A stretch of DNA of 64,000 bases, taken from assembly GCA_000708835.1 (NCBI GenBank), contig DF237020.1, positions 1 through 64,000 on the forward strand, in the 5' to 3' direction. A program made the position numbers and the translations under genes. Below, piece by piece: positions 47,630 through 64,000 of the stretch (position 1 is the stretch's first letter; every line of letters begins with the position of its first letter). The notes under the pieces are model-generated. The model was given only the letters and a program-made list of their open reading frames with translations, did no database searches and was not told the origin of the DNA. This DNA is from Klebsormidium nitens. Its lineage: Eukaryota > Plantae > Klebsormidiophyceae.

Positions 47630-48505
47630 CTAATCCTCCGGCTCTTCGTCCTTCTCCTGCGCCTTTTGCGTCCCCATTGGCACCTGGATGTATACGGCGT
47701 CCGACAGGAACGGGATGTCTGCGTACAACCCGAACGCAGCGTGGAGAGCCGAGTACATGGAGCAGAACCAGACAAAGAACCCCAGGTAGAACATGGTCTC
47801 TGTGAACGTCGCAATGATATAAGTAGGCGGGAGAATCTGCTGCACGAACACCCGGATCGTGAGCACGATCTCGCACAGCACGCTCTGCAGCGTGTGCCAC
47901 CGCACAAAGTGCGGCATCTTGGTGTTCTGGATGATCGTGAAGAAGAGCAGGAAGAAGACAGCCATCGGGATGATCGGGATTTTTGAGTACCACTCCAGCA
48001 CGGTCGCAATCGGCGTCACCGCATCCATCGCCTCAGCGCCAAACTTCCCGCTGTAAGCGATAGACAGCGTCCCCTCAAAGATGGACGGCAGGTACGGCAG
48101 AATTGCCAGAATCCGCCAGAAGAAGAATGGCTTCTCCATCATCGTAGGGAACGGCTTGTTCCCCTCCCGAATCCACTGCGTCTTCCACCGAGCTATTAGG
48201 GATGCGCGCGCACCCACAGCTCGCGGCGCCCTGAGCCTCTTAGCCTGCGTCCGCTTCAGCTCGGCAGCAAAAGGGTTCGGCCCTGCCATGAAACTGCTGG
48301 CGTGCGCGCCATTCAGCTGGCTGCCAGAGAAGAGAGAGCTGGACAGGGGCGCTTTATGAAGGGCAGGAAGTCTATGCTGCCGTGTGGTGCTGAGGGGTCT
48401 AAGCAGAGGGGTAAAGGACTGCTTGGCAACCGGTTGCTGCCGAGAGGAGACGCTGGGCAATCCTGCCCTGAGCGCAGCACCGCTTGCACAGACGCTTGCC
48501 GCCAT
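47630..48505 (-). CDS. TIC20: TIC20 chloroplast inner-envelope translocon channel (Tic20-I/IV-like), single exon, 291 aa
   Basis: Transit-peptide-like N-terminus; WRILAILPYL, PHFVRWH..Q, LEIVL-like CEIVL, YADIPFLSDAVYIQVP. Confidence 0.9.
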   Translation of the reverse strand: MAASVCASGAALRAGLPSVSSRQQPVAKQSFTPLLRPLSTTRQHRLPALHKAPLSSSLFSGSQLNGAHASSFMAGPNPFAAELKRTQAKRLRAPRAVGARASLIARWKTQWIREGNKPFPTMMEKPFFFWRILAILPYLPSIFEGTLSIAYSGKFGAEAMDAVTPIATVLEWYSKIPIIPMAVFFLLFFTIIQNTKMPHFVRWHTLQSVLCEIVLTIRVFVQQILPPTYIIATFTETMFYLGFFVWFCSMYSALHAAFGLYADIPFLSDAVYIQVPMGTQKAQEKDEEPED

Positions 48506-50200
48506 TACTGGACCACCTCAAAATCGCTCAACAAAAATATTGATGAGCTCTCCTTGTTCTAAAGTTTAAGCGTGCTAGCAACCCCAGAAACCCCGCATGG
48601 CTTCTGCCACTGAAAGAAACAAACTCCTGCCGCCTGCGTCTCAGCCAGAAGCTGCCTTCACAGGATGCTGGTCGTGGAACTTTCTCTGTGAGCTGTGGAT
48701 TGTACCTATAGACTCAGAGATTACCTTTATTACCTATTTCAAATTTGGATGTTGGTATTGGTAGTGTCTATTGCCCGCTGCTGTTTATTCGGTAACCGTA
48801 CCTGAAGAACGTCGGTACCGGTCCTGGCCGGGGTCTTTCTACACATCGAAAATTAGCCGCCCTTTGGAACAGGTGGCCGGTTTCTTCTGCGTTCTTTGAC
48901 ACACATCAAGCCTTTCCCGCTTGTCCCTTCTCATACTGGAGACTCTGCTCGAATACTGCACCTGATCTTCTGCGCCCCTAGAGCAGTGGGCTTGTCGACA
49001 GAAGGAAAAGTGCATTGCTAGCTGTTTCGGGGCGAGCTGCCGCCGAGCACCGGTCCTATGGTCCTAGTATCTTAGCATCTGCATGGAAGACTACACACGG
49101 ACAAATGCCATTAGAATGGTATTGGAATTGAAAGGCTGTACTATTAAACTTTCATATAAACTTACATCAGTGTGTGCCAGCACCCAGAGTTCGTCCATGT
49201 TTTGGCATTTTGCTCATTGACACATGGCTTGTGACCGATCAAGTACAATTTCGCTCAATGATCATTATGCACATTCGCCATGTATCATCAGGAGCTGTTC
49301 TCTTAGGTCCGTTCACATGGTTGGTGATCGGGTGTCTTGGAGCGAGAGGCTAGCGCCTCTGCCACCAAGGTCGCGCTGCGGATCACTGACACTGGCACAT
49401 GTGTAGGTCCTAGGAGAATGTAATGCCCCTGGATGCATGTAAAACGGCCCCACCATAGCCCCATGCCTTTGATAGTGCACGGGCTTGTAGAGAAGTCAAC
49501 ATCAAAAGTTTGTGCTTGCCAGCCTGAACGCCAAGTTTGCATTTTACGACTCAGACGAGTCACATCAAGTCTGATCCGGCCTCATCCAAAATGAACTCAC
49601 TGTCTTGTGCCAGTGGGCATGGCCATCGCCATGGCCGTTGCTCCCATGATGTTTGAGATTGGACCAGATGCGCGTAGCTGCTTTCTTACAAAGCGCATGG
49701 TGTAACATGCGGGAACACATTGTTGATTAACTTACCTACAAAGCTCACAATCTCACTTAATTTTTTGATCCTTGGTGTCGATCCCATGTACCAGATCCTA
49801 CATGCATACATTCTGGCACAGCGGAAGAACTATCATTGTGCATATGCATGAGAGCTCTCGATTGTGACCTTCCCTGTCATGTACGAGACATAGGTTATAT
49901 TGCATATCGAGATTTTGTCCACTTCGTCTCAAAAAGATAAATTGTGATAACACCAACCGCCAAGCTCCCTTGAGCGACGGAATGAGCTGACAATCCGGCC
50001 TTTCCAGCTTGTTCAACACGACAGCACATATATCCCTTGACTTGAGTACAATTTCATGGGACCGGTTGCCTGTTCGGCTATGACACAAATGACTTGCTCA
50101 TTCTTTGCCATCCAATTTAGATTCTGCTAATAGAACAAAGACTTAAGTTCCAAACTTGTACCTATATGTTACACCCCCTGTTTTGGGGCCTCCCGGCCCA

Positions 50201-52560
50201 TTAGTCATTCCTTTCATTCGGCCGCGCTTCGTCTCCCCCCCAAGCGCCTCCAACAACACCACCCACAGCAGCTGCTTGACGTGCTCGGAGGTCAACAACG
50301 ACATCGTCATCCGGAAAGATTGCTTTCAAAAGCGCTGGTGTTTTCAGGAGGCGCCGGCCCTGTGACCACAAGTGATGGGCTTCAAGAACGGCTCCTATTT
50401 GCATGTCTGATGACTTTGCTTCCCCAATATAAGGAAACGATTGGGACAGCAGGCAGGGCACTCAGAAAATAACCAAGCAATCAGAGTTCGAGCGGAAGTA
50501 CTCAAGCCAGGATTGAGGGGCGATTCAGATCTGAAACAATGAACCAGCTTGTCCACTCCACAAGCGAAAAAACTCCAGCCGACTTGTTGGCCTGCCAATA
50601 TTGTAAAGTTCAGTATGACACTAGTACCCAATCGCCGTTGCCATGATTCTTCAAAGCGCAGGCGGAATTGCATTGCAAACATGACAAGCGGAACTTACTG
50701 TGAGACGGGGGTACACGTCCTCAAGGTAGAAGTAGGCATGACCGGCTGCCATACCCTGCCATACGCAACAATACCCGATTTCAACTTGACGAACTTCTTG
50801 TGAAGCCAAAAACAAAAGATTTCAATGAAGAAGCAGCGCAGGTGCATCTGATCCGAAGCTCTTTATACTCCCTCAAGCAACAACGTTAGAAGCAGTGTTT
50901 CGGCTCTTCAGACCTGCCAATAGGGATATCTTGCAATCCAATCACCTATACTTTTAAGACAAGGCTTTCTCACAAGATCAGAAGCGTTGTCCTGTTCTTT
51001 TGATGTGAACCTTACCAGAAGATCTACGACGGGACTGCTTCCGAGCATGAGGGAAAACCCGAGAAGAACCCAAGGAAGGTACGGGGCTGTGAAGTTGAAC
51101 AGGCCCAAGAAGCTCATCTGCACGTACGGGTTGCGGCGGCCCCAGACGTAAACCTGCATCATCGAAGAGGATAGCTACTCAGAAAGAGTTTTTTGTCGGT
51201 TCGAGGGATCCCCTCACGTTTGGAAATCCACAGAGTCGAATACAACAGCTACAGAAAGGAACTTTGTGTCACCTTGAAAAATCCCCTCTCGGATACATCA
51301 CCAAATCTGGCTTGTGTAATGCTGCCCGATTGGAATCCTGAAAGCCTGTATTTGAAGCAGTGCATCATACAAATAGAAGGATTCAAAGATAGCAATAAAA
51401 AGTATCAGCGCTAGCGGCCAAGCAGAGTATCATCAGTTGCGTGTCCAGAAGATCATCTTGAGACAAGATGAGCAGAAGACCGCGATAACAAGGACGTACA
51501 GCTTACCATCATGAAAGTGAGTGAGTGCCCCAAGAATTGGATATTTACAAATGGGGCTGCGGTTGTGAGCAGGACACCACCAAAGATGAGCATGTAGAAG
51601 AAGTCTGCTGTTCGGCCTCGGAAGGAGGTCTCCTCTAGGAGTTTGCAGTACCGCGAAAGGAAGAACATGTGAAAGAGGAAATCAAGACCTGCCACAAGAA
51701 CGAGAAGGCTTGTAAGCTCGGGCATCTGCAATCAGGACCTTCAGCTTGTGTGCGACAAAACTCAAGATCGGCATGGTGCCAAGCAATATATGCATCTAGC
51801 TGAAGCGATTGCATCCGGTGATATACTCGCTGCCCTTACAGGCCATATCTCCGCTGCAACTTGCCCTGGGCCCTCACCTAAGTGTCCGAAGTAGAAGAAG
51901 TTTGTGAACAGCCTCCATAGTTGAAAGCGTTGAAATATCAGCTTTGCATTGAAGTAGACAGAGTACGGAGAGATGACCTGTAGGAACAACCAAGACACAC
52001 AGAGTCAAGTATGGGAAACACATCGCTATATTCCAAGAAAAGTGAGCCTCCAATGAACAGCACTCCAGACGAAAACATATTGGATGCAGGACTCAAGAGT
52101 CCAGTTGATTCCATGCCAGCACCAAAGAGCTCTGACTTTAAAGATCCCTACCCACTCACAAGAGATAGTATTCAATACATCTGCAGAAAAACGTTAAAAG
52201 CTTGAGGTACTTCACATTCACTTGCAAGCAAGTCACGAAAAGCTAACTACATTAGATCCAGGGACAAGGAAAGCTGTGGCATGTGAGTACCTGCAAGTAC
52301 CCAAATCTTGCAGAGTGATAGGAGAGATAGCTGACTGCATGTACGCTTGGTGCAATTTGGCCTCTAGCAAGGGCCAAAGCAACACCAGCAACAAGCAAGG
52401 GCCGCACAGAAAGCAAAAACCTTACAGACAAAGACGCATCATTCCAAAAGAGGGTGCTTACATCAAGTGCAATGCCAGCGGTAGTCAGGAAGGAGAGTGT
52501 CAGATAAGACCGTGTGATGATGGGCATTTGCTTATACCAATCCTCGATGGTTTGGGCCAT
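50201..52560 (-). CDS. DER2: Derlin-2 (ERAD rhomboid-like protein); 6 exons (52560-52462, 51977-51878, 51688-51507, 51153-51016, 50755-50699, 50359-50201), 244 aa
   Basis: [81 protein letters not shown]. Phases are consistent (735 nt). Confidence 0.96.
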
Positions 52561-52773
52561 CTCGGACGGTTAGCCCTTCAAGCGGTTGACAAGGTTGCTT
52601 GCTAAAGTAAGGGGCCAGTTGTACGTGTGCAGCTCCTCTACCTATGCTCTGACACAAGGCTAGAGAACTGCCCAGCCTTCGGCCCCAGCCAAAACCTTTC
52701 CACCGGCTTACGAGGAATACTTGCGCCCCAGGGGCCGGAACATGTACTTGAAGAAATCTTTGAACTTGTTTCC

Positions 52774-52782
52774 AAACCCTAA
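52774..52782 (+). promoter_or_regulatory. Telo-box (AAACCCTAA) in the divergent Derlin/SRP54 intergenic region
   Basis: Exact motif. Telo-boxes are known in plant promoters of translation-machinery genes, but the same 9-mer also occurs at 26260 in an intron, so function is unproven. Confidence 0.35.
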
Positions 52783-53531
52783 AGTCCCCCCCTCAACTTC
52801 GCTCCCTCGTTCCAGTAAAACAACCCCAGGAAAGATGTCCTTCACAAGAAGAAACTCAGGACGCTGCTTTGAAAATTTCTGACGATTGGATTCAAAGACG
52901 AGGAGGCGGCAAGTGCCAGGCTAGGGTGCAGGCGCCCTCCTCAAATTTGTGTTCCTTCTTCAGATTTTCGTCTCGACTTTGCTTGCTGCATGCCATCTCG
53001 TAAACCTGAGTCTATTTACGGCCAGAGAAAGAAGGGAGCCACTCCTTATCTGATTGGCTCGAAAGTCCATCAGGCATTTTGAACCGTCGAGTGAGCGCAT
53101 CGTGCGGCGCCGAAAGTGTGTATGATGTGGCGTGCGAGAGGAAGCAGCGGTGCCTAAATATTCAACAGGGGTCGTCACTGGTCAGGGAGAGTCGTGCATT
53201 CTTCGTGAACTGGGAAGAGCTTGGACTCGGAGCACGAGTCAGAGAGCCAGAGACCTGACTGGAGAGAGAGGAAGCCTCCGAAGAAAGACGAGTTCTGGCA
53301 TTGAGCGTGTTCACCATCTTTGATTCTTAGAAAATCAAAGCAACCTAGCTAGCTCGATCTATTACATGCTTCTTTAGGCTGGCCGCAAAGTTATATTTCA
53401 TGAGAACAATCTGAAAGCGCGGCCGGTACGTTGGGGAGGGCGGTGGTTGAGAGCTTGCTGATCCAGATTTTTAATTTGAAACTCTCAACTCTAGAACTTT
53501 GCCTCTGGCAGTCTCACGTTAAGCTGCAACC

Positions 53532-58756
<5,225 letters not shown>

Positions 58757-60624
58757 TCCTTAGTGGCGCCATGCGCCTAGGTTTGTTTTCAATCCGATCT
58801 GTAACATAGTTGTCGCACGCAACCCACCGTCCATTGCCTGGCTAGGCATTTGCGAAGCTGTGGTTCACGATCACTCGATGTGTGTGTCAAATGCATTCAT
58901 AGACGCTTGATCCAAAGTTTAGGTCCGCTTGGCAGCGGCCTGGCATTCGGTTCTCATGTGAGTAACTTGAGGATCAGGATATCATGGCCGCAGCTACCGG
59001 CCATGGACACCACTTCTTTTATCTAGCCCCTGGCATCGGGCCCATGTTATACTAGCATGTGGCATGACACCGCCAATCGCGATCGCCTGATGGTTCAGTG
59101 AGTATGCAGCACTGTTGCATACGATCCACAATGAGCGTTATATATTACTACTTGCATCATGGTGCTAGCTGCTGCGCCCACTGCCATGACGACTGCATGA
59201 TGCATGCAGCCATCCGTTTCTATAGCAAGTCAGGCAACCGGAATAGCATCAGATTGTGTATTTAAGGTCATCTGAATTATTCAATTGCTATACGGTCCTT
59301 TCAGCGAGTACGTCCAATCATCAAATACACTCTGCTCTTTGCGCTGTCCAAAGATAGTTTATAGTAACAAGCACCTTACTGTCAGATGGATTCGGTACGT
59401 CGGTGGGACCACATATGGAGCCTTTGGCATTTCTATGTGCATGCCATGATCCTCATGAGCTGCACAAACGGGGCTGAAACAACAGAACTTGCGACCATGG
59501 CTTCAAAGTGCAGCCGTCAGATCAGCAGAGAGGCTGGATGCATCAGCATGATTGCACATGACTGATCACTTCCAGCGACATCTTAACGCACCAACGGGTC
59601 TTTTCCTGACAAGCAGATCAATCAACTGCTCACAGATAGCAACAGCTGGCTTCGCAGCTTTCAATCAGGCACTTCCCTTGCGGCATACTGAAATACAATG
59701 CGCCCCTCCGATACGGAAACCGCATTCGGGACCTGAACAGGGTCGTCTTGGCTTATTTCCCCTGCATTTGTCTCCCTCCTCCTATCAAGAGGTTCCACGT
59801 CCTTTTCTACAGGCCTTCCACGAGTGCCGACGAAAACAAGCGTCCCAGCCTGTTGGAAAGGATATTGTGTGTGAGCAAGGTGAACAGCTTTGATTCAAGA
59901 CCGATTTTGAAGTCGCGGAATCGACGGGTAGAAACGTAGTTTGTCAGGTCGGTGCTTGCGTCCAGCTGTTTGAGCGAGACCAGATATGCAGCAAGAGGCT
60001 GTTGGGGTAAGATTCTACGAATCCTGTCAAAAGAGGTGGCTCCCCTTGCGCAAAAAAGAAGAAGCTTCGATCGAGGTCAGCAGTCAGGAGAGCAGCATGT
60101 GGATGCCTACATGACTCGACCAAGGAAAGAACCATTATCAGCTTCTCCGAAACTTGCTACTTGTCGAAACAAAGTGAAGGCAGATCACTTTGACGATGTC
60201 GGGCAGACCACTTCATCCGCATCCTTATGTGAACGCTGTACTACGATGTTGCACCGGCACCATAACCATTTGAAATATCTGTAATCCGTTGGGCACAGCC
60301 AGCCGGCCGGCAAAAGACCTGGCTGTCAAAAAGCACCCTGTTTTGACTTCAACACGTACACCACCTCGAAACAACAATCACCGCCCCACCGATGTCACCA
60401 GCTGCTAGAGTGAGATGAGCGCAAAACCCTTTCGTTCCAAGCGAATAGGACAACAGAGCTTTTCTTCTCAAAAATTACAGAAACCGCAAGCAGTCCCTAA
60501 CCAAGTCTGTGCTTTTACATACCGACCCAGGTCTCTATCAACCCGGCTTTTATCCACTGCAGAACCCTTCCTAACCCCAAAATGAAAAGAAGCCCTCACC
60601 AACCCGCAAAGCCTGTACCCTCAC

Positions 60625-63600
60625 CTGGGTGCCCGCTGCAAGTTCGTCGCTTAAAGGGTGCACCGCCACCGACGCAGGCGGGTCGTCTATTAATACTCTA
60701 GGCGGCTCCACGCTTCTGGAGTGCCGTTGCCGCTTTTCTGCCGCAGCCCGACTCTGCTGGGCCGCGGCCCGAGAAGCTTCCGCCGGAGCCGTCGCCCCCG
60801 GTTCTTTTTGCCGGTCGTGACTGCCGGGCAAAGAAACCAGCTTCAGGACCAAGTAAGGCACAACGAGATGGAGCAAGCTTTTTCGAAGCTTCGAAGCGAG
60901 TCGTCTGCTTGTTCTTCCAGTTAGAGGACGCAAGCAGACAATGTCCCATTTGGGGATATCGTTTCACCACGAAAAAGTCATCAAGTGCGAAGCTAGCAAA
61001 GCGCGATGAAGGAGCCACTATCCACTACAAGCTGCTAGTTCAAGGCCGTTTTCATGATTTTTCTTCAGGCACTCCTCCCATACAGCTGCTTTGCAGACTT
61101 ATCACCCGCTTTTAGCCTATCAGAACTGCACAGCACGACTTGCGCAATCTACCTAGTAGCGGAGCTCTGTCTCTGGCAGAAAGTATGAAGGAGGCTCTTT
61201 CAGAAAGAGAGTCGGTAGTCGGCTGTTGTTCGCTCACCCGGCTTCGCCAGAAGGCGTCGGCTCGTCTTCTCCCACCCAGCAGCGCGACCGTGGGTGGGCC
61301 GTAAAGTCTAAGAAAGTCAGTAGGGGTTCGTTGGATGCGGGGACGCAGAACACCTGCGCGAAAATAGTGAGAGCCTGGTAAAGAAAGTTTGCAAAGACTG
61401 GATGCAGGACGATTTTACAGGATTCCAAGAACAATGAGAAAGTGATATTGAAAAGGTGATAATCGAAAAAGTTGGGCCCTCAGAGCAGGGAAAGCAAGAG
61501 ACAGGGTGCGAACCCTTTCGTCTACCGCAAAATATGGATTTTGAGTCGCTTTAAGTCACAATATTTCTCCCTTCGATACAATCTAGAGTAATGCCTCCGC
61601 TGCGCACAGCCAATACTGACTGTTCAATATACCAGCAAAAATGGCTGTGTTTTGAAGCATTCGAAAATTGGACTTAGTTCCCTCTGAGTTTTAGTCTGTC
61701 TCCAGAGATACATCTCGAGCAGTGACCCAATTGAGGGAAAACGAGGGAACCTTCCTTTGCAGGAAAGGATCCTGAACAATGCGTGTTCCAACCTTTCGCG
61801 GCCTCGTGTGAGTCCTTCGCCAACCCCAGACTGTTAACCTCAAAAGAAGCACGCTGAAAGCAGCGGCGACCTACCGAGCCTGTGGGCAGCCACACGGGTC
61901 GCCTCCTCCGGCCCAGTGTCCAGGCGAGCCCCGTCTGCAAGCCGTCTTGCCAGGGCGGCGGCGGGCAGTACGCGTGCGTTATCTTTTGCGAGAGCGTGTC
62001 GACGGCGCCGGACCAGCCGTTGTTGAGGTGGAACGCGAGCTGGCGCGGGTTGGAGGGGTTGAACGCGAGAGCGTGGATGGCGCTGGTTTCGACGTCCGTC
62101 TGGCTCTGTTTAAGGATGGTTAGGAATTCAGCTTTCAGAGTTTCTGAAATCCAGAGACATTACAGCATACGTTACGATACATTACAGCTGGCGGGCGTTG
62201 GAGTGATACAAAGCGAGAGCGTGGATGGCGCTGCTTTCGACGTCCGTCTTGCTCTGTGAAGAGTGACTTGGATGTTGGGGTGTTGAAAATCTGAAGGTCT
62301 TCGGTATCTCAACAGACAGTAACCGGCGGGGTCTAGAGGGGTTGAAAGCGAGAGCGTGGATGGCGCTGGTTTCGACCTCCGTCTGGCCCTGCTTAAGGAG
62401 GGTTGTAAATCCAGTTTGTGGGGTTTAAGGTCCGAAATCGACAGTACAGCTGCCAAGATTAGAGGGGTGTGAAGCGAGAGCGTGGATGGCGCTGGTTTCG
62501 ACGTCCGTCTGGGTCTGTTTAAGAAGGGCTGTGAATTCAGCTTCTGGGGTTTAGAGGTCTGGAAATAATCAGACAGGTCAGCTGCTGGCATTAGAGGGGT
62601 TGAAAGCGAGAGCATAAAAATGGAAAACTTGAGGCTCCATTCTGAAGAATCTCTCACGATCTAGGAAACTAATAGCCGGCGAGCATGAGTAAGGAGTGTC
62701 GGCCTTAATGAAAGGCGCTCCGTTCCAACGTCCGTCTGGCTCTGTGAAAGGAGACAATCACGGGACCCAACTCGATCGAATCTTTAAGCCCTTGAAAGCG
62801 TTTAATGAATCACCAACTGGCAAATGTTTCAACGTCCGTCTGGCTCTGTGAAAGAAAACGACCAGGGTTCATGTTTTGAATGTTGAAGTATGGCTCTGCG
62901 CAAGGAGATGATTGAAACCTGAGGCTTCGAACAGTGTAGGTTTCTTGAGTTTTTGACAGAATGCTTGTTGGCGAGCGAGTGGATGGCGCTGGTTTCGGCG
63001 GCCGTCCGGCTCCGTGAAAGGAGACGATTGAGAGACTCGACCTTTATGACCTGTAACTCCTCAGAAAAATTCGACAGAATACTCGTTGGCGCGGGTCAGA
63101 GGGGTGGACGGCGAAAGCCTGAAAAGCGCTTGTTTCGACGTTCGCTTGACTCTGAGATGAAAGGCGTTCAGTGAATTCAAGCACTGGAAGCTGGAAGTCT
63201 TGCGGAAGAGCGGAAATACTGGAGGCATTTCAGAAGTTCTCCACGTGTCTGAACGAGTGTTTCAACGAGCAGGTGAGGAAACTCTGACGGCATCTGAAAG
63301 TCCTGAAACCCACATAGTGAAAACGGCCGCTCTAAGATGACGGTAAGTGTCTTGCATCGTCACTCTTTGCGAGCACCGCTGGGGCTTCGGCAACGATTCA
63401 AGCAGGAAGCTAGAAGCACCGAGAAAATTTACGGCCGAATTGCGACTTCTCTTTTCTGATACTCCTGTAGCCCGTCCACTTTTCTCTGGGGCCGACACAA
63501 AAGGTTCGGGCGCTTTCTCACACTCAAGGAGGCAAGGCTTTGCAGCAGATCCGCGAGAACGAGCCGGCAGATGGGGCGGTGGTAATCTTCGCTCGCGCGC

Positions 63601-63674
63601 ATGAACGCGCCCTGTGTGCCCCCTCGCAGGTCCCACCCGTGAATGCAGCCCCCCTCCGAGCCCGCATACAGAAC
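60625..63674 (-). CDS. Plant WD40-repeat family protein, partial: internal exons 63674-63522, 62105-61875, 61353-61238, 60820-60625; 5' end probably beyond the window, last exon unresolved
   Basis: Spliced peptide VLYAGSEGGCIHGWDLRGG...SQTDVETSAIHALAFNPSNPRQLAFHLNNGWSGAVD...HAYCPPPPW...RPVWLPTGSVFCVPAS...LTFLDF...VAVHPLSDELAAGTQ. It resembles a conserved land-plant WD40 protein I recall with WDLRGG / QLAFHLDDGWSG / HCPPP / KPSWLP motifs. Phases are consistent. Confidence 0.8.
62106..63160 (-). repeat. Degenerate tandem array (~100-150-bp units, ~9 full or partial copies) of the WD40 exon acceptor plus exon start, inside the upstream intron
   Basis: The core gcgagagcgtggatggcgctggtttcgacgtccgtctggctctgt recurs. 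Acceptor-equivalent AGs are at 62255, 62390, 62516, 62743, 62847, 62897 and 63153. There is a mutated copy at ~62972-63020 and a half copy at ~62578-62615. Confidence 0.93.
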
Positions 63675-64000
63675 CTGCGAGAATAGCGAAAAAGGTTGCC
63701 ATAAGTTCTTGTCTTCTTTTCGACATCGAGTAACTAAGCGAGAGAACTTGTTGCTGTGCCCCGACGAAAAACGTAGATAAACTGGGGGGGAGACTTAACA
63801 GATAGATAAACTTGCATGATCCTCGAGCTGTTGCACACTTGTGAAACGGTTTCATGCGTGGTTCACAAGACTTGGAAGCAGAGGGACATGCATGGCAGGG
63901 ACTGGCATCCGCATCGACATCTAGAGCACCTACCCGGGCGGTCAACTGTAATAGACGAGGGGCAAAGGAGGCGTCGTGAGAGACACGAAAGAGCATTTGG

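Noticed and set aside
62000-63160. Regularly spaced repeats resembling a CRISPR array
   Set aside because: The repeats are degenerate, match the adjacent exon and acceptor, and have partly homologous spacers; the context is eukaryotic with no cas genes.
63262-63996. 244-aa ORF as a separate gene
   Set aside because: It overlaps the WD40 exon 63674-63522 in another frame and otherwise reads through intron-like sequence.

Overview
Eukaryotic, intron-rich nuclear DNA from a streptophyte green alga, most likely Klebsormidium. This is an inference from the gene set (PIN, RAF1, TIC20, BAT1-type permease), GC-rich exons and many GTGAG/GTACG/GTGCG donors. I hand-spliced ten protein-coding genes, checking GT-AG boundaries and reading phase: PIN (-), RAF1-like (+), a 29-exon ~2070-aa membrane-anchored KP-43-type subtilase (+), a BAT1-like amino-acid permease (-), an NT-C2 domain protein (-), an inositol polyphosphate 5-phosphatase (+), TIC20 (-), Derlin-2 (-), SRP54 (+) and a partial WD40-family gene (-). 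No tRNA, rRNA, CRISPR array or transposon coding sequence was recognised. The most unusual signals are: (1) four introns in three unrelated genes carry decaying tandem copies of their own splice junction plus adjacent exon ('junction echoes'), about 9 copies in the WD40 intron; (2) a receptor-like protease with seven bacterial-style Ig-like repeats, a TM helix and a cytoplasmic tail; (3) a RAF1 that stops right after its alpha domain; (4) a perfect loopless 84-bp palindrome in RAF1 intron 1. All family assignments come from motif recognition, not database searches.
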